A stretch of DNA of 32,000 bases from an uncultured Planctomycetia bacterium (GTDB lineage Bacteria > Omnitrophota > Gorgyraeia > Duberdicusellales > 4484-171), in NCBI GenBank assembly GCA_964536865.1, contig CAZHYN010000001.1:60001-92000 (forward strand), in the 5' to 3' direction. The first letter of the stretch is position 1, and every line of letters begins with the position of its first letter. The translations under genes were made by a program, and so were the position numbers. This document shows positions 15,949 through 24,563 of the stretch, piece after piece. The notes below the pieces were generated by a model, which saw only the letters and a list, made by a program, of their open reading frames with translations, did not search any database and was not told the DNA's origin.

Positions 15949-16761
15949 TTAGGAGTAAAGGAGACTGCCGTGTTTTTTAGCTTGCCTTAGAGCTAATTTA
16001 AAGGAAAGGAGAGCTATGGGAAGGAGGATAAGAAAGAAGAGAGTGAGGCAGGCTATTTCAACTTTTACTTCTTTTAGAGAAGCCCCCATAGCTATACTCT
16101 TCCTCATACCTCTTAAAGCATAGGTTATAGGTAGAAGGTAGGAAATTTTTTGTAACACTTGCGGTAATACCTTAATAGGAAAGTAAACTCCTCCTAAAAA
16201 TCTTGAAATCCCATTTAATACCCAATTAATAGGGTTTCCTCTCTTAAACACAAGAATGAAGCTTGCTGATAGAACTCCTAAGGCACTGAAAGAGAGAATG
16301 GTTAAGAGTAAAATTACTAGGGAGGAGATGAGATTTATCTTACTTAGATTGAATCCAAAAATAAGCCACCCTAAAAAAAGATACACCATTACCCTTAAAG
16401 ATACAAAGAAAAAGTTCCATACCGCTCCTAAAAGTAAAATAGTACCAATACTAGTAGGAGACATAAGAAGGATTTCTAATGTTCCTTCGGACTGTTCATA
16501 GTGGATGACTTGGCTGAAACTATTTAGGGCAGCGGAGAGATATCCACTGAAGGCAAGTCCAATTAAGACAAAGGAAAAGTAGTCCCCTCCAAATTCTTCT
16601 AAGTATTTAGAAGCTCCCTCTCCAAATAGCTTGGAGACGAAAAAGAAAGTAGCAACCGAGGCAAAAATAGAGATAAAATCTAAGAGGAAAGACAAACGGT
16701 AGCTTGAATTAATAAGAAAATCTCTCTTTAAAAAAGCAAGTAGCTTCCTAAGAAATATCAT
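15949..16761 (-). CDS. ABC-2 type transporter permease
   Basis: 270 aa with about 6 hydrophobic helices. 14-nt overlap with the upstream ATPase gene on the minus strand. Confidence 0.8.
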   Translation of the reverse strand: MIFLRKLLAFLKRDFLINSSYRLSFLLDFISIFASVATFFFVSKLFGEGASKYLEEFGGDYFSFVLIGLAFSGYLSAALNSFSQVIHYEQSEGTLEILLMSPTSIGTILLLGAVWNFFFVSLRVMVYLFLGWLIFGFNLSKINLISSLVILLLTILSFSALGVLSASFILVFKRGNPINWVLNGISRFLGGVYFPIKVLPQVLQKISYLLPITYALRGMRKSIAMGASLKEVKVEIACLTLFFLILLPIALLSFKLALRQAKKHGSLLYS

Positions 16762-17464
16762 TCTTTATTATTTCTCCATATAAGTCTTTTAAAGAAGTTT
16801 GAATCTCCTTTATATTTTTAATTAGGAGAATTTCTCCCCTATTCATAATAGCAATTCTGTCAGCGACAGTTTCTGCTTCTTCCAAAAAATGGGTAGCAAA
16901 GAGGATTGTTTTTTTGAACTCTTTCGCTAATCTCTGCATAAGCTTTCTAAATTCTTTAGCCGTTAAGGGATCCAAACTTTTGGTAGGCTCATCCATTATA
17001 ATTATTTCCTTTTCCAGAATAAGAGTTCTTAAAAGGGAAAGGCGATGTTTGGTTCCTGTAGAATATTGCCAGAAAGGTTTGTCTAAGTCCTCTACTTCTA
17101 AAATTTGTGAATAATTCTTTATTCTCTCTCTAATTTGATGGGAAGAAAGATTATAAATTGTAGCAAAGAATTCCAAATTCTGCTTTGCAGTAAGTTGAGG
17201 ATAAAATCCATAAGTTTCCCCAGAAAAATAAGCAACCCCCCCTTTAACCTTTATCATTCCTCTTTCAGGAAGAATTAATCCACAAATTATTTTTAGAAGA
17301 GTAGTTTTACCTGCACCGTTAGGACCTAATAGAGCAAGCGCCTCCCCTCTATTTACTTTAAGATGTACTGAATTTAGAGCATAGATCCTGCGTGGGAGAA
17401 GAAAAAAATGGAAGATATCTCTCTTTATAAGAAAAGACTTGCTTAGCCCCTCTACTTCAATCAT
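16748..17464 (-). CDS. ABC transporter ATP-binding protein (DrrA/CcmA-like, ABC-2 subfamily)
   Basis: Walker A GPNGAGKTT, signature-like YSTGTKHRLSL, Walker B IIIMDEPT, H-loop FATH. It lacks the Wzt-type motifs (NGaGKST, DE.laVGD). Confidence 0.9.
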   Translation of the reverse strand: MIEVEGLSKSFLIKRDIFHFFLLPRRIYALNSVHLKVNRGEALALLGPNGAGKTTLLKIICGLILPERGMIKVKGGVAYFSGETYGFYPQLTAKQNLEFFATIYNLSSHQIRERIKNYSQILEVEDLDKPFWQYSTGTKHRLSLLRTLILEKEIIIMDEPTKSLDPLTAKEFRKLMQRLAKEFKKTILFATHFLEEAETVADRIAIMNRGEILLIKNIKEIQTSLKDLYGEIIKNDIS

Positions 17465-17471
17465 TTTCTAA

Positions 17472-17500
17472 AACCATACCAGAGACCTTATATCTTGTCA
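17472..17500 (-). promoter_or_regulatory. Putative sigma70-type promoter for the ABC operon (possibly leaderless)
   Basis: Read on the minus strand: TTGACA (17500..17495), a 17-nt spacer, then TATGGT (17477..17472). The predicted TSS falls about on the ATG at 17464, and there is no SD upstream of that ATG. Confidence 0.4.
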
Positions 17501-17523
17501 ACGGTAAGAAAGTTGTGTTAAAA
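17494..17523 (+). promoter_or_regulatory. Putative sigma70-type promoter (extended -10) for 17541..20893
   Basis: TTGTCA (17494-17499), an 18-nt spacer, then TGtTAAAAT (17515-17523). The -35 overlaps the minus-strand -35. Confidence 0.3.
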
Positions 17524-17540
17524 TTTTAGAGAGTAAAAAG

Positions 17541-18938
17541 ATGAAAAAAAGAGTTTTACACCTTTCCTTATTACTAATCTCTATATCTGTAGTAGTCTTT
17601 CTACTAAGTTCTCCTTGCTTTCCCCAAGAAGAAAAAAGGTTCCAAATTGTAGGAGAGATTTTTGGTGTACCAGTACCTATTGGAAATTACTACTTTGCTA
17701 AAAGAGTAGTTTTAACTTTCAATGCCAAGTGGCGTCCTACACCTAAAGATGAGGAGGAATTGGAAGATTTGGTCTGGCAGGAACTTATTCTTTCTTATGA
17801 GGCTTATCGTCGGGGGATAGAAGCTAGTAGCAAGGAGATAGATGAGCATATAGATAAGATACTAAAAGCAGAGAAGGTAAATTTCGATTGGCGGAAAGAA
17901 AAAGAAAAGTTTGAAGAGTGGACAAAAAATAAATTGGGCGTATCTCCTCAGGTATTTAGAAATCAGATAGAACATCTAATAAAGCTAGAGAAGCTCCAGC
18001 AACAAGTAATAGAGAGTATTGAACCTGAAGTTACCGAGGAGGAAGCCTACCAGAAATTTCTCGATGAGTGTAATACTCTTTCTGTAGAGTTAGTACAGTT
18101 TGATGAATTAAAAGAGGCAGAAAAGTTTTATAAGGAAGTTTCAAAACCTCAGGAAGAAGGAGCGTTAGAGAAACTTATTTGGGAAGATCTTCTCCTTTCC
18201 TATGAAGCATTTAAAAGAAAAGTAGAGGTAACTAAAGAAGAAATAGAAAAAAATATTTATAGGTATTTGAGAGGAAGGGAGGTTAGATTTAACTGGAAGA
18301 AAGATGAGAGAAAATTTAAAACGTGGCTTAAAGGTAATTTAGGTTTATCTCAAGAGGAATTCAAGAAATTTATTATTCACTTTGCAAAGATTGATAAATT
18401 GAGGCAGTTAATCTATAGAAAAGAAGCTCCTCCTATTAGTGAGGAGAGATATACATATTTTCTCAGAGAGAAAAGAGATATCGAGAGAGCTTATCAAAGG
18501 TTCTCTAAAGAATTTGGCTTTCCTCAAAATGCAGTATTGATATTTCCTACTTTCCAAGATGCTGAGGTATTTTATAAACGATTTAAGAGAGAAGCTACTC
18601 CTTGGGAAGATAGAAAAAGAAAAAAGCCTGATAGATTTAAAAGGCCGGGTTTCGTAGCTTTAGATTTTCTAATTCATATGTGGGGATTCAAAAGAGAAGA
18701 TGCTTACAGGATGATAGAAAGAAAGGTTGGAGATATTTACCCTCCCGCCCCTATTTATAAAGGATATGGAGTATTTAAAATTCTTCGTGTTCGTAAAGCT
18801 AATCCTTCTGATTTTAGCAAGCGAAAAAAATACTATTTTGATAAGCTTAAGAGGATCAAAAAATATCAAAGATTTAAAGAATGGCTAAATTCTCTGAAGG
18901 AGGAAGCTAATATAAAAGTCTATAGTGATAAATTTTAA
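17541..18938 (+). CDS. Secreted SurA/PrsA-N-terminal-like chaperone repeat protein (tentative)
   Basis: Signal peptide. Two internal ~83-aa repeats (LEDLVWQELILSYEAYRRGIEASSKEIDEHI... and LEKLIWEDLLLSYEAFKRKVEVTKEEIEKNI...). The C-terminal GYGVFKILRV resembles the parvulin/SurA GyhIikv motif. The assignment is weak. Confidence 0.4.
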   Translation: MKKRVLHLSLLLISISVVVFLLSSPCFPQEEKRFQIVGEIFGVPVPIGNYYFAKRVVLTFNAKWRPTPKDEEELEDLVWQELILSYEAYRRGIEASSKEIDEHIDKILKAEKVNFDWRKEKEKFEEWTKNKLGVSPQVFRNQIEHLIKLEKLQQQVIESIEPEVTEEEAYQKFLDECNTLSVELVQFDELKEAEKFYKEVSKPQEEGALEKLIWEDLLLSYEAFKRKVEVTKEEIEKNIYRYLRGREVRFNWKKDERKFKTWLKGNLGLSQEEFKKFIIHFAKIDKLRQLIYRKEAPPISEERYTYFLREKRDIERAYQRFSKEFGFPQNAVLIFPTFQDAEVFYKRFKREATPWEDRKRKKPDRFKRPGFVALDFLIHMWGFKREDAYRMIERKVGDIYPPAPIYKGYGVFKILRVRKANPSDFSKRKKYYFDKLKRIKKYQRFKEWLNSLKEEANIKVYSDKF

Positions 18939-18988
18939 ATTATATAAGGGTTTTACTTTTTCCTAGATATGATATAATTTTAAAAGAA

Positions 18989-20893
18989 ATGAATCATCGC
19001 GAATTATCTTTAAGAGATTATCTAAGAATAATTCGCAAGAGAAAGTTTATTATAATTTCCTCTTTTATCGTCTTTATTGGTTTTTCTCTGTTTTACACCT
19101 CAGGACAACTTCCCATTTACGAAGCTACCACGACTGTAAAGATTGAGGAAAGAAAGACAATAGCTGGTCTCCTTACTGAATGGATTGTTTATACTCCTGG
19201 AGATATAATGGAGACACAAGTTAAAATTATAAAAGGTTTTCCTGTCCTAAAGAAGGTAGCTTTAAAACTAGGTTTAGTAAAGGAGGAAGATCCTGTTTCT
19301 AAAATTTATGAGATAGTAGGAAGGCTTCAGTCTCAAATCTCTACCGAAAGGGTTGGAAAAACTAACATTATCAAGATCACTGCTATCTCTCATGATCCCG
19401 AAGAGGCAATGAAATTAGCAAATACAGTAGCTGGTGTTTACATTGAAGAGAATCTTTATGAAAAGAATAAGCAGGCAAGAACAGTAAGGCTATTTATTGA
19501 GGAACAGTTAACTACGCTTAAAGAGAGACTCCATAGAGCGGAAGAGAAGATAAAAAAATTTAGTGAGGAGGAGGAAAATATTCAGATTGCTGAGGAGGTT
19601 CAGAAAAAACTAAACGATCTTGAGTTCCAGTTAGCTTCTCTTCTTCAAAAATATACAGAAAAACATCCAAAAGTAATTCAAATAAAGGAACAGATAAGAG
19701 AGTTGAGAGAGCAATCAAAGAAATTTTCTGCTAAAGCGTTAGAGTACGCACGTCTTAAGAGGGAAGTAGAAGTAAATAAAAAATTATATGCGATGTTGAG
19801 AGAAAAATTAGAAGAAGCAAGAATTACCGAGGCAGAAAAGGTTCCCGATGTAAGTGTTGTAGATCCAGCTGTTCTTCCTAAAACTCCCATATCTTCCTCA
19901 GGAAAGTTAGGGGTTTTTGTAGGAGGAGTGTTAGGGTTAGTGGTAGGGATAATTTTAGCTTTTATTGCTGAAAATTTAGATACATCTATTGGGACAATTG
20001 AAGATGTGGAAAGTATTGTGGGTTTGCCTGTTTTAGGAGTTGTTCCTTCTATAATCAGAGAAGTTGAAATAAAGAGAAGTTTCTTTAAAAAAATTAGAGA
20101 TACAATCTTTCCTCCCAAGATAGATGAATCTACAGAAAGGTACGTAAGATTAATTGTTTGTTATAAACCTACTTCCTCAGCAGCAGAAAGCTATAAAAGT
20201 ATACGGACAAATTTAAAATTGGATTCTTCTAAGAAAACAATTCTTATTACTAGTGCTAATCCTCAAGAAGGAAAATCTGCCCTTTTAATAAACTTAGGTT
20301 TAGCCTTCTCTGAAGAAGGTAGAAAGACTCTTTTGTTTGCTTCCGATTTAAGAAGGCCAGTTTTAGCTAAGACCTTTGGGATTTCTAAAAAACCTGGAAT
20401 AGTTGATGTTCTTACGGGGAAAGTAAAATTAGAAGAGGCAATTAAGGGAGTTTCTGATATCTTATTAGGAGATATGAAATTTGAGAAGGTGGTGACTGCT
20501 CCCTCTATGAGGAATGTATGGATATTGCCATGTGGTTCCATTCCTTCTAACCCTACAGTTCTATTGAGTTCAGTAATGATGGATGAGTTGATAAGAGAAG
20601 TTAGGGAAAAGTTCGATGTAATTCTATTTGACTCCCCTCCAGTTTTAGCAGTAGCAGACACAAGTATATTAGCCCCTAAAGTAGATACAGTAGTGGTATG
20701 TTATGAAATCGGTAGAACTTCTAAAAGTGCGTTGGTACGTGCAAAGACCCAACTAGAGACAGTGGGAACTCATATAGAAGGGATTGTACTTAATCATATA
20801 AGACCACAGACAGAAAGTCTTTATACCTATCCCTACTATTATAAATATCGGTATTACGGACGAGAGGAAGGTTCCGAATTAGAGAAGAGTTAA
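18989..20893 (+). CDS. Polysaccharide co-polymerase fused to a BY-tyrosine kinase (Wzc/GumC/EpsG-like, PCP-2a)
   Basis: Wzz-like N-terminus with TM1 (FIIISSFIVFIGFSLFY), a periplasmic coiled-coil and TM2 (LGVFVGGVLGLVVGIILAFIA). Kinase Walker A ANPQEGKS, A' LLFASDLRRP, Walker B VILFDSPP. Tyr-rich tail YTYPYYYKYRYYG. Confidence 0.85.
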   Translation: MNHRELSLRDYLRIIRKRKFIIISSFIVFIGFSLFYTSGQLPIYEATTTVKIEERKTIAGLLTEWIVYTPGDIMETQVKIIKGFPVLKKVALKLGLVKEEDPVSKIYEIVGRLQSQISTERVGKTNIIKITAISHDPEEAMKLANTVAGVYIEENLYEKNKQARTVRLFIEEQLTTLKERLHRAEEKIKKFSEEEENIQIAEEVQKKLNDLEFQLASLLQKYTEKHPKVIQIKEQIRELREQSKKFSAKALEYARLKREVEVNKKLYAMLREKLEEARITEAEKVPDVSVVDPAVLPKTPISSSGKLGVFVGGVLGLVVGIILAFIAENLDTSIGTIEDVESIVGLPVLGVVPSIIREVEIKRSFFKKIRDTIFPPKIDESTERYVRLIVCYKPTSSAAESYKSIRTNLKLDSSKKTILITSANPQEGKSALLINLGLAFSEEGRKTLLFASDLRRPVLAKTFGISKKPGIVDVLTGKVKLEEAIKGVSDILLGDMKFEKVVTAPSMRNVWILPCGSIPSNPTVLLSSVMMDELIREVREKFDVILFDSPPVLAVADTSILAPKVDTVVVCYEIGRTSKSALVRAKTQLETVGTHIEGIVLNHIRPQTESLYTYPYYYKYRYYGREEGSELEKS

Positions 20894-20922
20894 TCGTAAC
20901 CGGTAAAATTAGTCTTCTAAAG

Positions 20923-20951
20923 ATGAGGGGTTTTGACCCCTCGTTTGTTTA
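20923..20951 (+). terminator. Rho-independent terminator-like hairpin (or attenuator / 5' stabiliser)
   Basis: An 8-bp stem atGAGGGG/CCCCTCgt (20923-20930 pairs with 20937-20944) with the 6-nt loop ttttga, followed by ttgtttat. It is the only GC-rich hairpin I found in an intergenic spacer. It ends 3 nt before the ATG at 20955. Confidence 0.55.
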
Positions 20952-20954
20952 TCT

Positions 20955-22304
20955 ATGAAGGTAAGAAAAGGACAAATTGAAATTATTCTTATAGGTATAC
21001 TTTTGAGTTTGCTTATAGTAGGAATAGTTTTTCTAAAACTCCCTTTCCTTATTTTATCTGTGACTATCTTGGCACTAGGTTTAGTTTTAATTACCTTCCT
21101 GAGTACAGATTTGGCCTTGATTATCTTAATTTTCTCTATGCTTTTATCGCCAGAACTTAAGTTAGCAGAGGTTCCAGCAAGGGCAGTAGTTGTGCGTATC
21201 GATGATATTTTGCTAATTGTAGTATTTTTTACTTGGTTAGCTAAGATGGCAATAAATAAAGAGTTGGGACTTTTTAGAAGGACTCCAATTAACGGATTAA
21301 TAGTTACTTATATCCTTATTTGTATTATTTCAACCATCATAGGTATATTAACTGGTGGGGTCCATCCCCTAAAAAGCTTTTTTTATATCCTAAAGTATGT
21401 TGAATACTTTATGCTTTATTTTTTAGTGACTAACAACATCCGAGATGAAAGGCAGATAAAAGTTTTTCTCGTAGTCTTTCTGATCACTTGTGCTATAACT
21501 TGTACCTATGCATTAGTAACTATTGAGAAAATGGGAGGAAGAGCTACTGCTCCGTTTGAAGGGCCGAAAGGTGAACCTAATACATTGGGAGGGTATTTGG
21601 TCTTGTTATTTGCAATCTCAACAGGCATTTTCTTATACAGTTCTTTAAGAGGGTGGCGGATTTTTTGTGGAATTTTAGCGTGTCTTATATTTATAACCCT
21701 TCTCCAAACTCTTTCTCGAGGAAGTTACCTAGCATTTATAATTACATACCTTGTTCTTACTATATTAACTAAAAAGAAAAAACTTTTACTTATAGGGATA
21801 CTTCTGTTGGGTATGTGTACCTTTCCTTTTATCTTGCCAGAGAAGGTTATTGAGCGAATAGGATATACGTTTACTCCTCGCAGACCTCGAGTTTCTCTTT
21901 ATGGAAGACCTGTTCCTCTTGAGGAATCGGCATATGCTCGTATTGAAACTTGGAAGAGGGTTTTTAGAGAGTGGAAAAGGAGACCTCTTCTAGGTCGGGG
22001 AGTTACTGGTTTAGGTTTAGTAGATGCTCAGTATCCTCGTGTGTTAGGAGAGACGGGAATTTTGGGTTTTTCAATATTTATGTGGCTATTAATCTATATC
22101 TTTAGATATAGTTTATCCATCTTTAGAGCGGTGGAAGATGAATGGTTTAAGGGATTAACTTTAGGATTTTTAAGTGGCTTTGTAGGACTACTTTTTCATT
22201 CCTTTGCCGCAGCAACTTTTATTATTGTGCGTATTATGGAGCCTTTCTGGTTTTTAACCGGAGTAATATTAATGCTACCCAGTGTTAAGGGAACTTCAGT
22301 TTGA
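20955..22304 (+). CDS. O-antigen ligase / Wzy-like polysaccharide polymerase family membrane protein
   Basis: 449 aa with more than 10 hydrophobic helices. The TLSRGSYLAF loop motif is typical of the Wzy_C/O-antigen-ligase domain. Sits next to wzc-like and wzx-like genes. Confidence 0.7.
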   Translation: MKVRKGQIEIILIGILLSLLIVGIVFLKLPFLILSVTILALGLVLITFLSTDLALIILIFSMLLSPELKLAEVPARAVVVRIDDILLIVVFFTWLAKMAINKELGLFRRTPINGLIVTYILICIISTIIGILTGGVHPLKSFFYILKYVEYFMLYFLVTNNIRDERQIKVFLVVFLITCAITCTYALVTIEKMGGRATAPFEGPKGEPNTLGGYLVLLFAISTGIFLYSSLRGWRIFCGILACLIFITLLQTLSRGSYLAFIITYLVLTILTKKKKLLLIGILLLGMCTFPFILPEKVIERIGYTFTPRRPRVSLYGRPVPLEESAYARIETWKRVFREWKRRPLLGRGVTGLGLVDAQYPRVLGETGILGFSIFMWLLIYIFRYSLSIFRAVEDEWFKGLTLGFLSGFVGLLFHSFAAATFIIVRIMEPFWFLTGVILMLPSVKGTSV

Positions 22305-22409
22305 GTATAATCTAAAATACATAATTCTCTGATAGGGAAGAAATAACACATAAGTGTAGAGATACTCTGGCAACAGAACATTTAAACAATAATAACTCCT
22401 AATGGAATA

Positions 22410-23906
22410 ATGGATTTGGAGAATAAAGAGTTAACATTATCAGAACCTTTTTTGCTTCAACGAGCAGTCCATGGAGGATTTTGGGTATTTGCTCTTAGAA
22501 TATCTCAGCAACTTTTTAGATTAGGCCGACTCATAATCCTTGCTCGTATTCTTGCTCCTTATGATTTTGGTCTAATAGGAATAGCACTATTAATGGTTGC
22601 AGTTCTAGAAACTTTTTCTCAGACTGGTTTTCAGGCTGCTTTAATACAGAAAAAGGAGGAAATAACCCCTTATCTTGATATTGCCTGGACAGTTTTGGTT
22701 TTAAGAGGCTTTATTTTATTCATTATTCTTTATCTAGTTGCACCTTACGTGGAGTTGTTTTTTAAGGTATACGGAGCGAAAGTTATTATTCAAGTAATTG
22801 GATTTTCTTTTCTTCTACGGGCGTTTAGCAATATTGGGGTTGTTCATTTTCAAAAAGAGTTAGAGTTCAACAAACAATTTATATATCAATTTAGTGGAAC
22901 TTTGGTTGATTTTATCGTGTCTATTTCCGCTGCATTTATACTTAAAAGTGTATGGGCACTTGTTTTTGGATTATTGGCTGGAGAATTCACAAGATTTATT
23001 GTGAGTTATTGGATAAGTTCTTGGAGACCACGGTTTAGATTGGAGCTTGAAAAGTTAGGTGAGCTTTTTAACTTTGGAAAGTGGATTTTAGGTTCGAGTG
23101 TATTGATTTTTCTGATTACACAAGGAGATGATGCTTTTGTAGGAAAACTGCTGGGGGTTACTATGTTAGGATTTTATCAGATGGCTTATAGAATATCGAA
23201 TCTGCCAGCAACGGAGATTACTCATGTTATCTCACAAGTGGCTTTCCCTACATATTCAAAATTGCAAAATAATATTTTAGAGCTAAGAAGAACATACTTA
23301 AAAGTTTTACTTGTTACTACCTTTTTATCTTTTCCTATAGCGGGGTTAATATTTATATTAGCTCCAGATTTTACAAGAGTATTTCTGGGAGAAAAATGGA
23401 TTCCTATGATTTCTGCAATGCAAGTGTTAGCACTTGCGGGTTTAGTAAGGTCAATAGCAGCAACAACAGGCGTTTTATTTTATGCTATAGGTAAGCCAAA
23501 AATAGATACAAAATGGCAGGTAGTTCGTTTATTGATAATTATTACTTTTATATACCCTCTTAGTGTAAAGTTAGGTATTTTAGGTACATCAATTGCAGTA
23601 TTCGTGAGTATTCTTTTCTCAAATATGGGTTTTATGTTCGATTGTGTAAAAATTATAAAATGTAGTAAAAAAGAGTTAGCCAAGAAAATAAGCATTCCTT
23701 TTGTAAATGTAGTTATAATGTCATTACTGATACTAACTCTAAAGAGCTTTATAGAAGTTAATATGATGCAGATTGTCTTTCTTGCTTTCGTTGGTATCTT
23801 GATATATTTTGTTGGAATAGGGTTATCTAATATGATTTTTGATTATGGGATGAATGTAGTTATAAAAGAAAGTTTTCAAGGAATAATAAAAAAAGGTAAG
23901 ATATAA
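22410..23906 (+). CDS. Wzx-type (MOP/PST family) polysaccharide flippase
   Basis: 498 aa and polytopic. The N-terminus FRLGRLIILARILAPYDFGLIGIALLMVAVLETFSQTGFQAALIQKKE is typical of the Polysacc_synt_3/WzxC family. Confidence 0.8.
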   Translation: MDLENKELTLSEPFLLQRAVHGGFWVFALRISQQLFRLGRLIILARILAPYDFGLIGIALLMVAVLETFSQTGFQAALIQKKEEITPYLDIAWTVLVLRGFILFIILYLVAPYVELFFKVYGAKVIIQVIGFSFLLRAFSNIGVVHFQKELEFNKQFIYQFSGTLVDFIVSISAAFILKSVWALVFGLLAGEFTRFIVSYWISSWRPRFRLELEKLGELFNFGKWILGSSVLIFLITQGDDAFVGKLLGVTMLGFYQMAYRISNLPATEITHVISQVAFPTYSKLQNNILELRRTYLKVLLVTTFLSFPIAGLIFILAPDFTRVFLGEKWIPMISAMQVLALAGLVRSIAATTGVLFYAIGKPKIDTKWQVVRLLIIITFIYPLSVKLGILGTSIAVFVSILFSNMGFMFDCVKIIKCSKKELAKKISIPFVNVVIMSLLILTLKSFIEVNMMQIVFLAFVGILIYFVGIGLSNMIFDYGMNVVIKESFQGIIKKGKI

Positions 23907-23918
23907 AAGGTATAAAGT

Positions 23919-24542
23919 ATGGAGGATCCAACAAAGAAGTTTTTTCCTTACTTTGATAAGTCTTATAATTCCAAGGAGCGTTTTTGTAGTTACTGGCATC
24001 AGATTCATGAAATAGTTAACTTGAATCCTAAGAGTGTTCTTGAGATTGGAATTGGGAATAGATTTGTCTCCGATTATCTTAAAAAAATAGGCATAGATAT
24101 TACAGCCTTAGATATCGAAAAAAATTTAAAGCCAGATGTAGTAGGAAACGTTGTAAGCATTCCTTTTAAGAGTAATGTGTTCGATGTAGTAGCCTGTTAT
24201 GAGATTTTAGAACATTTATCCTACGCCGATTTCAAATTGGCTCTTTTAGAGATATTTCGAGTATCGAAGAAATTCGCAATTTTATCTTTACCTGATATAA
24301 ATAGAGTTTACCCGCTCATTATTAAAATTCCGAAAATTAAAGAGATAAAAAAACTTATCCCTTTACCAAGGATTAAAAAACCTAGTTATAATTTTAGTCC
24401 AGATCACTACTGGGAAATCGGTATGAAAAATTTTCCCTTGGGAAAGATTACCAAAGATATACAAGAGGCAGGATTTATTATTAAAAGAACTTATAGAGTC
24501 TTTGAACATCCTTATCATAGATTCTTTATACTGAAGAAATGA
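23919..24542 (+). CDS. Class I SAM-dependent methyltransferase
   Basis: Motif I VLEIGIGNRF, acidic loop LDIE and motif IV-like VACYEILEHL. Confidence 0.65.
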   Translation: MEDPTKKFFPYFDKSYNSKERFCSYWHQIHEIVNLNPKSVLEIGIGNRFVSDYLKKIGIDITALDIEKNLKPDVVGNVVSIPFKSNVFDVVACYEILEHLSYADFKLALLEIFRVSKKFAILSLPDINRVYPLIIKIPKIKEIKKLIPLPRIKKPSYNFSPDHYWEIGMKNFPLGKITKDIQEAGFIIKRTYRVFEHPYHRFFILKK

Positions 24543-24563
24543 AGTAAATGATTATAGTGAGAT

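Noticed and set aside
15949-17464. The possibility that the ABC-2 permease/ATPase pair is a Wzm/Wzt polysaccharide exporter.
   Set aside because: The ATPase shows DrrA/CcmA-type motifs (GPNGAGKTT, MDEPT..LD) and lacks Wzt hallmarks. The locus already has Wzx/Wzy/Wzc components. This still needs a profile search to settle.
19678-20661. Two long minus-strand ORFs (19678..20118 and 20263..20661) inside the wzc-like gene.
   Set aside because: They are shadow ORFs opposite a well-supported CDS with clear Walker and Tyr-cluster motifs. I recognise no motifs in them and they have no ribosome-binding sites.
22368-22384. A sigma54-like element (cTGGCAAcagaaCATTt) upstream of the wzx-like gene.
   Set aside because: The -12 element lacks the conserved GC (TTGC). 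Only the -24 GG half matches.
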